A stretch of DNA of 63,547 nucleotides, the filler included, from Octopus bimaculoides (Eukaryota), in the NCBI RefSeq assembly GCF_001194135.2. It is 6 parts of 6 records of this genome, joined end to end, with 100 filler letters (N's around TTAATTAATTAA, not from the genome) between each part and the next. Parts side by side here need not be neighbours in the genome. Positions count along the whole stretch, not along the records: positions 9,791 to 17,578 come from NC_068982.1; positions 17,679 to 47,658 come from NC_068985.1; 4 more parts are not named here. One strand, written 5' to 3'. The notes beneath the pieces were generated by a model that saw nothing but the letters and a program-made list of their open reading frames with translations, made no database searches and was not told where the DNA came from. This document shows, piece after piece, positions 12,372 through 26,099 of this stretch. Position 1 is the stretch's first letter. Each line of letters begins with the position of its first letter. The position numbers and the translations under genes were made by a program.

Positions 12372-13492
12372 ATGTACGTGTGTACGTGTGTACATGTGTA
12401 TAGATTGTTTGAAGTGATGTACAGGTTTATATTTTATGGAAAACGGGTGGTCAGAATTTTGGATAATTTTTTATTAGCGGTTTTGCATCATTCACGGAGA
12501 CTCTAAAGATATAAGTTTATACGGAAAATTTCTTTGAAATTTACACAAATCTAACATCCTCTTCCATAGTTTTGTAATTCAATGGCTATTACTTTGCTAT
12601 TTTTTCTATACTTCTCATATTAATCTTTTCATCATTTAAGACTGTAAAGTCAATTATCTGGCACTTTCTATTCTCTTTTTGTACGTCTACTAAATCAGTG
12701 AGTGAAACGCGTAATTTTTTTAAGTAAGATTTTTTTTCCTCCGTTACTTAACCCGTCTAAGGGAAAAGCGAAGAGCGAAAGAAAGAGGGGAGAGAAAAAT
12801 AGGGTAAGGTGAAGAGTAAGAGAGAAAGAGGGAGAGTTGTGTGTATTAAATCTATAAAATTGTGCATAAAGTATATAAAGTGTATATATACAGTGCATTA
12901 AGCAATCATCGTATCCTAATTTCCTTCACTTTTCAGTGATTAGCAGATGAGTGACTATCTTTCGATACAGACAGAACACAAGTTATCATTATATTGTTCC
13001 TAGGTTATGCTAGTACAGCTCTGTACGATCTAGTAAAACTGTTGTTGCATGTTGGAATCCTTGCATGTAGCCGACATAATAAAATAAGAACTTTTATATG
13101 CGTACTCAAAAACGTTTCTTGTAAACGAAATTAAAGGATATATATATACACACACACATACACACACACACATACACACACACATAAATATATAAATATA
13201 CATACATGCATATATATATAAAGGTTATGAGAGGTAATGGTGTCAAGAAGAATATATTCCCTTAACCATATGGGTTTCCTAGAGTATAAATATTGACAAC
13301 ATTAGAAATAAGGATTACTTCCAAGTACTAAACGGTGCAAAATGTGTTGGGCTTAAAAGGCAGTATATAATTATGGAATTAAAGTAATGCTATTGCTACT
13401 TCAGAGTAAACTTTAATTTTAGTATATATATTATATATGTATATATACACATCTATGTATATATGTATGTATGTATGTATATATGTGTGTAT

Positions 13493-13524
<32 letters not shown>

Positions 13525-13854
13525 GTATATATACATATATACACACACACACACATACATACATACACACACATATATATANNNNNNNNNNNNNNNNNNN
13601 NNNNNNNNNNNNNNNNNNNNNNNNNNNNNNNNNNNNNNNNNNNNNNNNNNNNNNNNNNNNNNNNNNNNNNNNNNNNNNNNNNNNNNNNNNNNNNNNNNNN
13701 NNNNNNNNNNNNNNNNNNNNNNNNNNNNNNNNNNNNNNNNNNNNNNNNNNNNNATGCAGGGCAGGGAATCGTCAATTAGTAATAAAATTAATAATCAACA
13801 ATTTTGCCGGGTATGTTGGAGAAGCAGGTTACTGTCAATCCCTATATATTTATG

Positions 13855-13911
<57 letters not shown>

Positions 13912-14050
13912 GTATATACATATATATATATATATACATAAGCATATATGTATACAGATATTTCAGTCTGTATATATATGTACGTATAGGTTATATCTTC
14001 TGAGTATATGCGTCAACATATACGTTCATCCTACATACAATACATTTGCA

Positions 14051-15413
14051 TAAGGTTGGCAACTAAGTTCCCACCGTTTTTTTTTTAATTTAAAATTTTT
14101 TAAAGGTTTAATAAAAGATAACAACTAATTAATAGATAACGTATCCACCCTTGTTGTTTACAACTTCTTCCCAGCGTTCAACAAGATTTTCAATACCTCG
14201 TTGGTAGAAATCACCCGATTTCGACTCGAATAATGGATCCGACCAAGCTCTCAATTCTGCATCAGTATTGAACAAAACTCCGCGCATAGTATTTGAAAGA
14301 GATCGAAAGAGGTGGAAATCCGTTGGTGCCAAATCAGGAGAGTACGACTGGTGTGGCAGCACTTCCCAGCCATGCGCTTGAATGGCNNNNNNNNNNTCCG
14401 TTGGTGCCAAATCAGGAGAGTACGACTGGTGTGGCAGCACTTCCCAGCCATGCGCTTGAATGGCTTCCTTGGTCATATTGGTGATATGAGTGCGGGCGTT
14501 GTCGTGCAGCAGAAGAACTCCATGCTGCTGATTAGGTATTTTCTCTTGAATAACCGTGTTGAATTCCATCTGTTGAACATAGAGTTCCACGTTGACCGTT
14601 TGGTTCCGTTCAAGCAATTCGTAATGGATAATCCCTTCCCAGTCCCACCATACGCACAATGTCGTTTTACGCGGATGTCGATCATGTTTCACGCGCGGTG
14701 TCACTTGTTTACCGCGGCTTAGCCATTCCTTACGCTGCTTCATATTAATGTACAGGCTCTATTTTTCGCCGCCAGTAACGATTCGGTAAAGAAATCATTG
14801 CTCGTGTCCATGACTTGAGTGGTGACGAGCAGAGCAAATTGTGGCTCGTTAAATTTTGTTGTCGTCACTTAAAGCATGCAGAACCCATGCTCCATACTTC
14901 GAAACCTTTCTCATCGAGTGAAGATACTTCTCTATAGCAGCGTGGGAGCATTCCATTTTCTCTGCGAGTTTCCTTGTCGTTTAATGAGAATTTTCGTGCA
15001 AAAGTTGGTTTAATCGCTCATCATCGAACTGGACGGCCAGAATGAGGTGCGTCTTTGCGGTCAAAATTTTCATTTTTGAACCTGGCATACCAAGCACGAG
15101 CGGTTCTTCCAGCTATGGCACCTTCTCCATACACATCACAAATGTCACGAGCAGCTTTTGCGGCCTTAGAACCTTGATGAAAGGCAAAAAAGAAGGAGGT
15201 GTCGAAAATGCTCGTTTTTCTTAACTTGACATTCCGTTTAAATGATCTGAAAATAAACAAAAATTAACTAAAATTAACTTTAAAAGAAAAAACAAAATTG
15301 ATTCCAAAATGATTCAAAAATAGAATTCTCGAAAAAAATAGATTCAAAATTTTAAAATCTCAATAAACTCCAAAATTTTAAAAAAAACCGCGGGAACTCA
15401 GTTGCCAACCTAA
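14051..15413 (-). mobile_element. Near full-length mariner transposon (DD34D) with both TIRs; transposase pseudogenised
   Basis: TIRs taaggttggcaactaagttcccaccgttttt (14051) and aaaaaccgcgggaactcagttgccaacctaa (to 15413). ORFs 15021-15260 (HTH, WYARFKNENFDRKDAPHSGRP) and 14129-14743 (LCVWWDWEG, LHDNARTH, HQSYSPDLAPTDFHLF). The 66-bp duplication across the 10-N gap at 14387 is an assembly overlap. Confidence 0.95.
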
Positions 15414-15421
15414 CATGTAGA

Positions 15422-15975
15422 ATGAACCTGCGGATTAACTGTGAAGTTAAGAATATAGTGTATTGCTTACGATGTACTGAGGTGTGGTACAGAAACATAA
15501 CAACGACCTATCTTGAAGAGACTGCACGCAGCATATGGGAGTGCATAGGTGAACACTGGCGAGAGCTCAAAAAAGAGAAAAGCTCGTTAGTGCTCTACAA
15601 ACATGCTCAAGCACAGCATAAGGGCTAGATTAATAGCATAGAGGTTAAGTTATTATCGACACCTAATACTGACACAAAAGTTAGACAGATCACAGACACC
15701 ACACACATAGCAATAGACAGATTGAACTTCAATAGAAAACACGGATGGAACAATAACACCACACGCACACATGCACACACGCACGCACACACAAACAAAC
15801 ACGGACGCAAACGCATGCGCATATAAGGATACACATCATAGAAGGACAGAATGAAATAAATGGAGCAAGAGCACACACGGAGACAGAAAGTGTCGCTGAA
15901 GAGGTCACAGATGTGTGACGAAAGATTTCCAGACAATGGGCATGAGTTAGAATAAGAACAGTAATAAACGAGTGA
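15422..15975 (+). mobile_element. Penelope-like element 3' fragment: GIY-YIG endonuclease pseudogene plus 3' UTR with hammerhead
   Basis: INCEVKNIVYCLRC...YLEETARSIWECIGEHWRELKKEKSSLVLYKHAQAQH matches the PLE GIY-YIG pattern (NC.S.NVIY...C..C...YIGET.R.L..R..EH). HHR at 15891-15935 lies downstream. Confidence 0.85.
15891..15935 (+). ncRNA. Type I hammerhead ribozyme motif
   Basis: UGUCG-CUGAAGA-G-GUCACA-GAUG-UGUGAC-GAA-A-GAUU-U-C/C(A)GACA. Core intact, helix II 6 bp, helix I 5 bp with one bulge. Predicted cleavage after 15929. Confidence 0.75.
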
Positions 15976-16139
15976 AGAACAAATATATAGTGTATGTGTT
16001 TATCTGGCAAAAAAATGGCCATCCCGAAATACAGCAATATCAGTTTCACCACACAATTTCACATCAGGAATCTTGCAACAAAATTCATATGTATATATAT
16101 ATATATAGTTGAAATTCAAGACAAAGATAAGTGTATGAA

Positions 16140-16289
16140 CAATAAGCAGGTGTATTAGTTTGACGCTCGGGAAAAAAGAAAAGGTCCTTTACGTTTCGAG
16201 CCTACGCTCTTCAACAAAAAAGAATAAGAGAAAATATAAAGTGAGAGAGAATGAAAACAAAAAGTCGATTTCAGCGGTCGGACATGGTG

Positions 16290-16290
<1 letters not shown>
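16140..16290 (-). mobile_element. PLE-derived 3'-end repeat (related to 7995-8225) with degenerate hammerhead
   Basis: Reverse complement: tttTTGTTGA-A-GAGC-GTAG-GCTC-GAA-ACGT-A/AAGG, then ttttcccgagcgtcaaactaatac, similar to ttccctgagcgtctgctaatac at ~8110-8135. Confidence 0.6.
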
Positions 16291-16324
<34 letters not shown>

Positions 16325-16470
16325 NNNNNNNNNNNNNNNNNNNNNNNNNNNNNNNNNNNNNNNNNNNNNNNNNNNNNNNNNNNNNNNNNNNNNNNNNNNN
16401 NNNNNNNNNNNNNNNNNNNNNNNNNNNNNNNNNNNNNNNNNNNNNNNNNNNNNNNNNNNNNNNNNNNNNN

Positions 16471-16660
16471 CAACATACTGAGAATTCAGAAATAGCAGTC
16501 AAAGAACTACTGATTTCAAAACTACAAATTATTACTCCAGATTGATAGCGATATTTTTGATACACGTGTATCAAAAATATCGCTATCAATCTGGAGTAAT
16601 AATTTGTAGTTTTGAAATCAGTAGTTCTTTGACTGCTATTTCTGAATTCTCAGTATGTTG
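16471..16660. repeat. Perfect 190-bp palindrome (95-bp arms, no spacer)
   Basis: caacatactgag...tttttgatacac|gtgtatcaaaaa...ctcagtatgttg, centred at 16565/16566. The left edge abuts an N-gap. Confidence 0.95.
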
Positions 16661-17678
16661 GAGAAGCAGGTTACTGTCAATCCCTATATATTTATGATTA
16701 TATATATATATATACATAGGTTATTGAGATCCGAAATGTTCCTGGGGCAAGAAGTCAGCAACCATCAACGGTGTACATAAATTCTATAGCTGACAAAATA
16801 CGGATAGTATACGATAAAGAAAGCTTAGTAGCTAAATGTATTTCGTCACAAATCGGAATCAATGGAAATTCCAATAAGTTGACAGCCACGATACACTTTA
16901 TACCTTATGTATTAACACGTCTCTATTTTCCATTGTTTATAAATAGAGATAACGTTTATTTATGCGTTTATATTTATAACATTTTGAATTTGGTATGTGA
17001 TTTTCTTATATTTGTCGCGCTCATTTTTATTTTATATATATATTTGTACGGAACATTTTTTTCTTTACAAAATATTGCCTTTAATTTGAATCTACCACTT
17101 CAGTGTTTTTTTTTTTTCATTTATTACATTCATATACATCTTCGCGTGTTTATTTTGACGCGCAGTAGTAACCACTGCTTTTGTTTTGTATGCTATCGTA
17201 AATTACTTATCTTAGCTGTCACATCTTATCACACGGCTTTTAGTATTTGTTCTGTTATGCATGTCTCTCATTATATTCTCGACGCCAAAGTTATGATTTT
17301 ATTGTCTCGCATTTGAGACGCTTTAGTTCCATGTTCTCTTTAGTCCTGTTCGCTTCCTGTTCTTCCAACACTTGGGTTTTTTTTCACTCGGTTAATTGAC
17401 ATGATGTAGTCAGCCTCCCTTTTTTCCATTTAGCTCTGCTTCAATGCTGACAATTAATTAAGTGTTACGAGTTATATAAAATATAATGTTTAACTACGAA
17501 ATGTATGTAGTCTTTATTTACCCATTCCACCTACGTTTTACGAGTTCATATTTGTAATTACATATATATATATATATANNNNNNNNNNNNNNNNNNNNNN
17601 NNNNNNNNNNNNNNNNNNNNNNTTAATTAATTAANNNNNNNNNNNNNNNNNNNNNNNNNNNNNNNNNNNNNNNNNNNN

Positions 17679-17726
<48 letters not shown>

Positions 17727-19126
17727 AGGTTATGATCGGTAGTGCTGTCAATGAGACCCAGAGGTGTCAGGTAATGCTGAGTAAGTGCTATGGATACACT
17801 ATAGTTAAGCTCCATGTTCGGAGATTATGCGAATAAGGGGCCCAACGTAGGTCATATATCAACGCGTGCATATAGAGATTTACTTTTCGTACTACGATAA
17901 GAAACCAAGGCTGTGTAGATTTTATGACATTTATAAATGTTCTGGAGTGGTGCATACAGAACGGCGAGAATCCGAACAATGGCATTCATGATGTGGTGTG
18001 GGAGATTTAAAAGTGAATACCTAAGCATTGTTGCTCAACGGTACCGGAAGACAACCTGTCTCTTTCGGCGATATGTTCATAGCACACATGAGTAAGCAGT
18101 TCAACGCTGTAATAGGACTTCGATACAAAGCAGTATTTCGACCATCCCTTGCATATCCTCACCCGAAGCTACCCAGCGACGGGACCGATGGATATCGGTG
18201 GAGCACGAGCACTTGTTTTTGAAATTCAGCATAGAGATCATTTGCTGAGGCGTGCACATATCTACCAAACAGATAAAAATCAATGAATGACGTATGTTAT
18301 ACTTTCATATTGCACATAGGAAGGAAGCTTCCTCCGGTGGGGAAAAAACTGTTATCAGATATTCATGTTCGTATCTTTCACAACGTATTGAGATGAATAG
18401 ATATGTCACTATCTATATACCATCATTCTTTGTAATTTTCTCCTCGACATTCAAGTGTTTGTAATGTTGTAGCACCATATGCACCATGTAGTATATCTGA
18501 CGCATTTTAAATCTCAGTTTATTCCTAATTGATCCATTCATTTCTATTTCTTGATGTTAAATTATACGACTCATATATGTATATATATATATAAGTATAT
18601 AATATATACGTTGTGTGGGTGTGTGGGTGTGTGGGGGGGGGTGTATGTGCGTGAGTGTGTATGTGTGTGTGTAAGAACAAATACAAACAAACACTGGTAG
18701 GCGTACGTACATAGAATACAAAATAACGATAGAGGATAAATGGATACAAAAAATTAAAACAAACGGTATTATATCTACAGCTGCTTCTAGAGAACCATAA
18801 GTTGGTCGTAAGCACATCCATGCATTATTTGTGGATGACGTCATAGTTGAGTGTAATACAATAAATTGTAGTGGAATTGTTAAGTGATCCTTCATAAATG
18901 ATTAAATGATCCTTCATAAGTATGGCGAATGTGTATATGCATGATGACAAAGGTTTGTGTATATGTACATGTATGTGTGTATGTATGTATATATATGTAT
19001 GTGTGTTTGTTTGTGTATATATATGTGTTTGTGCGCGTACGCGTGGGTATGTGTATATGTATGCATATGGTACTAAAATATCCTACACAGTGCTGCACAG
19101 CAGATCTTCAGAGAAGGCGCCCCCAG

Positions 19127-19167
<41 letters not shown>

Positions 19168-20308
19168 CTTTCTCATGAAACTGTCTTGTCCTTTAATAAT
19201 TTACACACTAAAGATTATAACAGCCAAAACACCTGAAAATTTAGAAAATATTTACATGATTCTTTTAAAGCACGTAACGTTTTATTCTAGGAAATCAATT
19301 ATATTAAGGTAACACTTAAAATTCATATAAAGTTTCCAAGAAGTCTTCATAGACTCTACAAAAATAGCTGAATTAGTGCCAACAACAAAATATTTTACTA
19401 GACTATTTAAAATAATGTTGCATAGCTCGATCCTTCCCTGCAATGAGACTGTTTTCAACAATACTTTTAAGCAACATATTTATGCATCTAAATGCAAGTG
19501 TTTCATAAACAAATTCATATCAAAAGATGTAATTCCATTTTCTTCGTCAGTAACATTGTTTTGTTAACTGTTTATTAGTGATTATAAGAAACGAAGTGTT
19601 TATTAGAAATAATGTTTGTAAGAAATAATGTATTTTGTCATCTTCTATGTCACATTTCGAGTAATCTTTACTTGATATGAATATAATTAAATCATCCGAT
19701 TTCATTACTACTCAATTGAGCTTGTAATTCTACAAACACGTATTAACATCCCATTCGAATATCTTTACAGGCATTAGTCATGTTACCACTTTTGATACTA
19801 ATGATATTTCGAAATATTATATAACATTAACATCGGAATCATTTACAGTTCGTTATGCAGTTTTGTCATTGTGAAACCAAATTGGAGCCATGTTAGAATT
19901 TTCATTGGTATCTAAACACTAATTATATTTTTCTTATTAAAGAGAAATCCATCTGCATCGCAGACATACAGACACTCTGACAAATGTAAGCTGTGTAGCT
20001 CGGCCTCGCACGAGTTTTAGCTTCCTAAATCTTCTATTTAAAATGTAATAGAAATTTGACATATAATTGAACATAGATGAATTTCGGCTATCGCGCTAAA
20101 AATTCCACTGAGTCTTTCATACGACATCTGCATACGTTATATTATTTCCATTTTTTATTAAAAAGCAGTCTTTGGCAGTTTAGCGCCTCAAATTGCTCTT
20201 CCTCGTGTACACAGGTAACTGTAACCTGCAAATAACTGGAGTAAAATTATACAGAGATTATAGAATTTTCTACACAGGTTTTCCGTTTCTTGAGTTATAG
20301 TTTACAAT

Positions 20309-20392
20309 GGCGTAGGAGTGGCTGTGTGGTAAGTAGCTTGCTTACCAACCACATGGTTCTGGGTTCAGTCCCACTGCGTGGCACCTTGGACA
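20309..20392 (+). mobile_element. tRNA-derived SINE 5' head (truncated)
   Basis: ggcgtaggagtggctgtgtggtaagtagcttgcttaccaaccacatggttctgggttcagtcccactgcgtggcaccttgg has A-box-like and B-box-like (ggttcagtcc) elements. Same family in reverse orientation at 32880-33027. Confidence 0.8.
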
Positions 20393-22812
20393 GGTTTACC
20401 TAGAGTGGCCTTCCACTCCCTCTTTACTGAAACTTTAACTTTTGATCTCTCTGCCCGATGCAATACTGACGCATATCGATAGTTACCTTTACTTTTATTT
20501 TTTTTAATTTTTATTCTTATTTTACTTATTTACCCCAAATTCAACTTTTATTTTTATTCCTTTCTCCTCTCTCTCCTTTCTCTTTCTCCTCTCTCTCCTC
20601 TCTCTTTNNNNNNNNNNNNNNNNNNNNNNNNNNNNNNNNNNNNNNNNNNNNNNNNNNNNNNNNNNNNNNNNNNNNNNNNNNNNNNNNNNNNNNNNNNNNN
20701 NNNNNNNNNNNNNNNNNNNNNNNNNNNNNNNNNNNNNNNNNNNNNNNNNNNNNNNNNNNNNNNNNNNNNNNNNNNNNNNNNNNNNNNNNNNNNNNNNNNN
20801 NNNNNNNNNNNNNNNNNNNNNNNNNNNNNNNNNNNNNNNNNNNNNNNNNNNNNNNNNNNNNNNNNNNNNNNNNNNNNNNNNNNNNNNNNNNNNNNACCCA
20901 TTAATGTCTATCTAACTTTATCGCTCATCATACACATTTACAATATGAATAAGTCGTTCAAAACACTGTCAAAATACCGCCTGGATTTATCTCGGAATTC
21001 AACTAAGAAACAGTTTTTTTAATACAAGTACCGACCAACATCCATATCTTCTGGAAAAAGATGAGTACTGAACATTATCCTCTTGCCTATATTATTCTGG
21101 CTCCGTGTACTTTTTATTCTTCAATTTACTCTTTTATTCTTCTATTTCATTCCTTATAAACTGCGAATTTTATTTCTTGTAAACTGTAAATTTTTCATGT
21201 CTAAATTATTCATCACCATGTCTCTGATTGCAGAATACCTCGTGCGTAGACATACTAACATACCGATTGGGTTATCCCAGAAACGGCTGTAAGACTGCAA
21301 ATTCACCTTACCCTAATTAAATTATTCTAAATGACTTAAGATAAATATGTATTATATGTATGCATATCTATCTATCTCTCAGTCTATCTATCTTCACATC
21401 CACACACACGCACACGTACCTGACACTCACAATCCCACACACATCACAATCCCACACACACACGCACATCCACACACACACACACACACGTACACACCCA
21501 CATACACATACACACGCACACACACCTCTCACCAACACAACACATTCACACAGACACGCATACAATCACACACACATGGGCATAAACAACACACGCACAT
21601 ACAGAAGCAAACATACGCACACGTACCCAACACCTACAACCCCACACAAACACACACACGTACACACACATACTCAAAAACTGCCTGCTGAACTCCCACT
21701 GACCATTGTCCATAAGCACCCACTAACTATTCCTGCTACTAATTCCTTCCACTATGTCATACACACACACACACAAACACACACATACACACTAACAGAT
21801 AAACCACCAAACCNNNNNNNNNNNNNNNNNNNNNNNNNNNNNNNNNNNNNNNNNNNNNNNNNNNNNNNNNNNNNNNNNNNNNNNNNNNNNNNNNNNNNNN
21901 NNNNNNNNNNNNNNNNNNNNNNNNNNNNNNNNNNNNNNNNNNNNNNNNNNNNNNNNNNNNNNNNNNNNNNNNNNNNNNNNNNNNNNNNNNNNNNNNNNNN
22001 NNNNNNNNNNNNNNNNNNNNNNNNNNNNNNNNNNNNNNNNNNNNNNNNNNNNNNNNNNNNNNNNNNNNNNNNNNNNNNNNNNNNNNNNNNNNNNNNNNNN
22101 NNNNNNNNNNNNNNNNNNNNNNNNNNNNNNNNNNNNNNNNNNNNNNNNNNNNNNNNNNNNNNNNNNNNNNNNNNNNNNNNNNNNNNNNNNNNNNNNNNNN
22201 NNNNNNNNNNNNNNNNNNNNNNNNNNNNNNNNNNNNNNNNNNNNNNNNNNNNNNNNNNNNNNNNNNNNNNNNNNNNNNNNNNNNNNNNNNNNNNNNNNNN
22301 NNNNNNNNNNNNNNNNNNNNNNNNNNNNNNNNNNNNNNNNNNNNNNNNNNNNNNNNNNNNNNNNNNNNNNNNNNNNNNNNNNNNNNNNNNNNNNNNNNNN
22401 NNNNNNNNNNNNNNNNNNNNNNNNNNNNNNNNNNNNNNNNNNNNNNNNNNNNNNNNNNNNNNNNNNNNNNNNNNNNNNNNNNNNNNNNNNNNNNNNNNNN
22501 NNNNNNNNNNNNNNNNNNNNNNNNNNNNNNNNNNNNNNNNNNNNNNNNNNNNNNNNNNNNNNNNNNNNNNNNNNNNNNNNNNNNNNNNNNNNNNNNNNNN
22601 NNNNNNNNNNNNNNNNNNNNNNNNNNNNNNNNNNNNNNNNNNNNNNNNNNNNNNNNNNNNNNNNNNNNNNNNNNNNNNNNNNNNNNNNNNNNNNNNNNNN
22701 NNNNNNNNNNNNNNNNNNNNNNNNNNNNNNNNNNNNNNNNNNNNNNNNNNNNNNNNNNNNNNNNNNNNNNNNNNNNNNNNNNNNNNNNNNNNNNNNNNTA
22801 TATATATATGTG

Positions 22813-22847
<35 letters not shown>

Positions 22848-24405
22848 GCACAGAAACAGAGAGACATATATAATGTATATTGTGTATATATATTGTATAT
22901 ATATATATATTTATACAGAGAGTGAAAGAGGGAGAGAGAGACATATATCAATATATACATACTCATAAATACACCCATTCATACGTACGTACATACATAC
23001 CCAAATATATTTTAATGAATGTACACTTTCAGTTATTATATACACCCAGTCTCACTATGAGAGGCTGATTATTTATGTTGTGGTCATCTTGAATATTTCT
23101 ATCAATGTTGCAATGCAGAGAGTTTTTCTGATATGCATAATACTTATATTTTAATGACGTGTTGTTCTCTGCTTGAATGTGGTTAACAGTCAACGAATCC
23201 TCTGCAAGTAGTTTTTTTTTGTTTGTTTTTCAACTTTAATGACGTTATCTCTCTTACATATTCGGACGTGATGCATGGTAGCATTTCAACGTTTAACGCT
23301 TAGTAGATATTTCCTAACGTTTACATCGAAAGACTCACTGAGCTGAAGTTGAAGCTCTGTCGTTTTGTTTTCGCTTTACGTAAAGGGTATCTGTATTACT
23401 GTTGAAGCTGAAATTCCTGTTATTAATTAATATTAATTAATAACTTCAAAATGTCGAACTAATTGAGTGCCTAATGAAGAAACCTAAATATTGGTGCGGG
23501 CACATTATTAGCTATTGATTTAATTACAACTCGAATTTCCCTGAAACATATTTTATGTTATACTCCCAAGTTACGCATTTCAATTATGGCAATATGTTGG
23601 TACGAATAGAATAAAGATTAGATTATATGAGCTACATATATATGGATTGCTGAAAATCTGTTGTGCAATTTAAACTGATGTGTGAGTAGGCAAGGAGAGA
23701 AAGTTTCTTTCCTGGTGCTCAAAAGTATACTTTTAAGTTTAGTATATTTCGTTTCCCTATACATACACATGCAAAATTTTCACGTATACAAACGTGTTTT
23801 TCGATATAATTTATTCGCACAGAACATGCACGCACATTTGTTACACAGATATATGCACAATCTGCACTGTAGACCATGCACTAATATACCATCGAATACT
23901 GATGTAAATACTAATGAAAGCTAAATAAAAATTGCCAACCTCCCTAAATGTTTATATTAGCTTATGTGTGCATTTTATATACTATTTTTCATAACCTGGT
24001 AAAATGTTCAGACTAGTGAAACCTCACATAGCAAAATACAACTTGGAAATACTTCAATTACCCATATATATGCAAAGCACTTGAAAATTCCGAAGCATTA
24101 TACTTAAGATTATGAAGAAAACCTAAAATTTATGCAACAATCATTTCTTGAATACTCAATTTCTCTGCTCCCCACTAACATATATACATGTGTGTGTGTC
24201 GGTGTGAATGTGTGTGTGCGTCTGTATATATGTTGTATGGAGGTTTTGAATAATTAAGTTCCATGCTTGTCGCTATCATATATTGCAGTGACAAGCTGGT
24301 AACTTAAGTATTCAAACACGCATAAATATTAAAATATTATACATATACACACACACGCACGCACGCAAGCGCACACACACACGCCTATATATATGTCAAA
24401 TACTA

Positions 24406-24515
24406 GTGTCCAGTAGGTTAGGGTGTTGCACTCTCGATCGCTAAATTCTGGTTTTGATTTTTTGACAGGTAGTAGTACTTCAATCTACTCAGGTATGAAT
24501 CGGTAAACCTACAAC
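24406..24515 (+). mobile_element. Degraded tRNA-derived SINE fragment
   Basis: gtaggttagggtgttgcactctcgatcg...ggttttgatt resembles the head of the SINE at 43367. Confidence 0.55.
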
Positions 24516-24952
24516 GGGCTTGTTTTCCCTTTACGGAGAATATTGGCTTTCCTAAATTTCCACTGTGTTGGTACTATTCAAGGGCTACAAATATGTGAGG
24601 AAGCACAATGAGAGCTGTGGTGCATAGTGATATACGATGACTAGTCGATACAGTGATGCAGTGGNNNNNNNNNNNNNNNNNNNNNNNNNNNNNNNNNNNN
24701 NNNNNNNNNNNNNNNNNNNNNNNNNNNNNNNNNNNNNNNNNNNNNNNNNNNNNNNNNNNNNNNNNNNNNNNNNNNNNNNNNNNNNNNNNNNNNNNNNNNN
24801 NNNNNNNNNNNNNNNNNNNNNNNNNNNNNNNNNNNNNNNNNNNNNNNNNNNNNNNNNNNNNNNNNNNNNNNNNNNNNNNNNNNNNNNNNNNNNNNNNNNN
24901 NNNNNNNNNNNNNNNNNNNNNNNNNNNNNNNNNNNNNNNNNNNNNNNNNNNN

Positions 24953-24995
<43 letters not shown>

Positions 24996-26099
24996 TATTT
25001 GTGTCTGTGTGTGTGTGTACGCAGAAAGGGAGACAGAGAGATAGGAAGATAGATAAATAGATAGACATGTAGGGAGAGGTTGAGAGAGAGACTGGCTGAT
25101 AGTCGGGGAGAATGACAGCGACACCAAAAGTCATATAGAATCATATAATTAAAAGAATAGATATTTGACCTCATTGCGATAATTGGCATCATGATACAAG
25201 TATAGGTCATTTAGTACCTATTTTCGGCTTTTATTAAAAGTTCATCAGTAATCGCTTAACGCTACTTCCCAAGGTAGAAAATCTTCCAAGCGCAAGCTTG
25301 CAAGCTTGTAGAAATAATTTAGTCCTAGTAAAACAATACTACAAGGTAACCTTGCGAAGATGATTAAGTTGATTTCATGCATAAATAAATTATATGTGAG
25401 GGGAAATATCTGACTTGTATGTGTATATTTAGGAATGTGTATTATATTTTCTCACAGAGATAAATAAGCAATGTATTTTTATGTATATAAACTTGATTTT
25501 GCTTTACTCATTCAGTTTCACGACGAAATACCTGTTATCTGAAGCAAAGACATTTTATTTTAACATTATCAACATCACACCTTCAATTTATCTGTTGATA
25601 CTGAATTACATTTTCGTTTTTTTTTACTTTTGCTTTTGTAGTTGAACGTCTTTCGCTAAGCAGTGACTTTGTAGTATATTTCGTGCTTTTCCGACTTTTG
25701 TAATTTCTGTGTCTGTTTTACTGTTTCTGTACTTGATGAATATAAATTCAACCAAGACACCTCATGTTGCCAGGTTGTTATTGTTCCCCGGTCACAGCAC
25801 GGGCATAGATTCAACCTTCTGCTATGCTAACTGCATAGAGTAAAAATTCTTTGTGAGTAGGAAAGCAAATAAGATAGAGGTTGCATATAAAAAAAATTTC
25901 TGTCTATATATATAACATATACAACGTGTAAATTACAAAGAAATAAGCAAAGCTGGAGCTAGACAAAGTTTGTTGTTTAAATAAAATGAAAAATTTGCTG
26001 GGAAGAAAGAACTCAACATTGTCTTGACAACGTCCTAAAGACATCATTCGATCTCTTCACCAAGAGTTTTGTTTTGTGCGTGAAAAATTCTACTTTTAT

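Noticed and set aside
14321-14462. 66-bp duplication inside the mariner ORF
   Set aside because: It straddles a 10-N gap; assembly overlap artefact.
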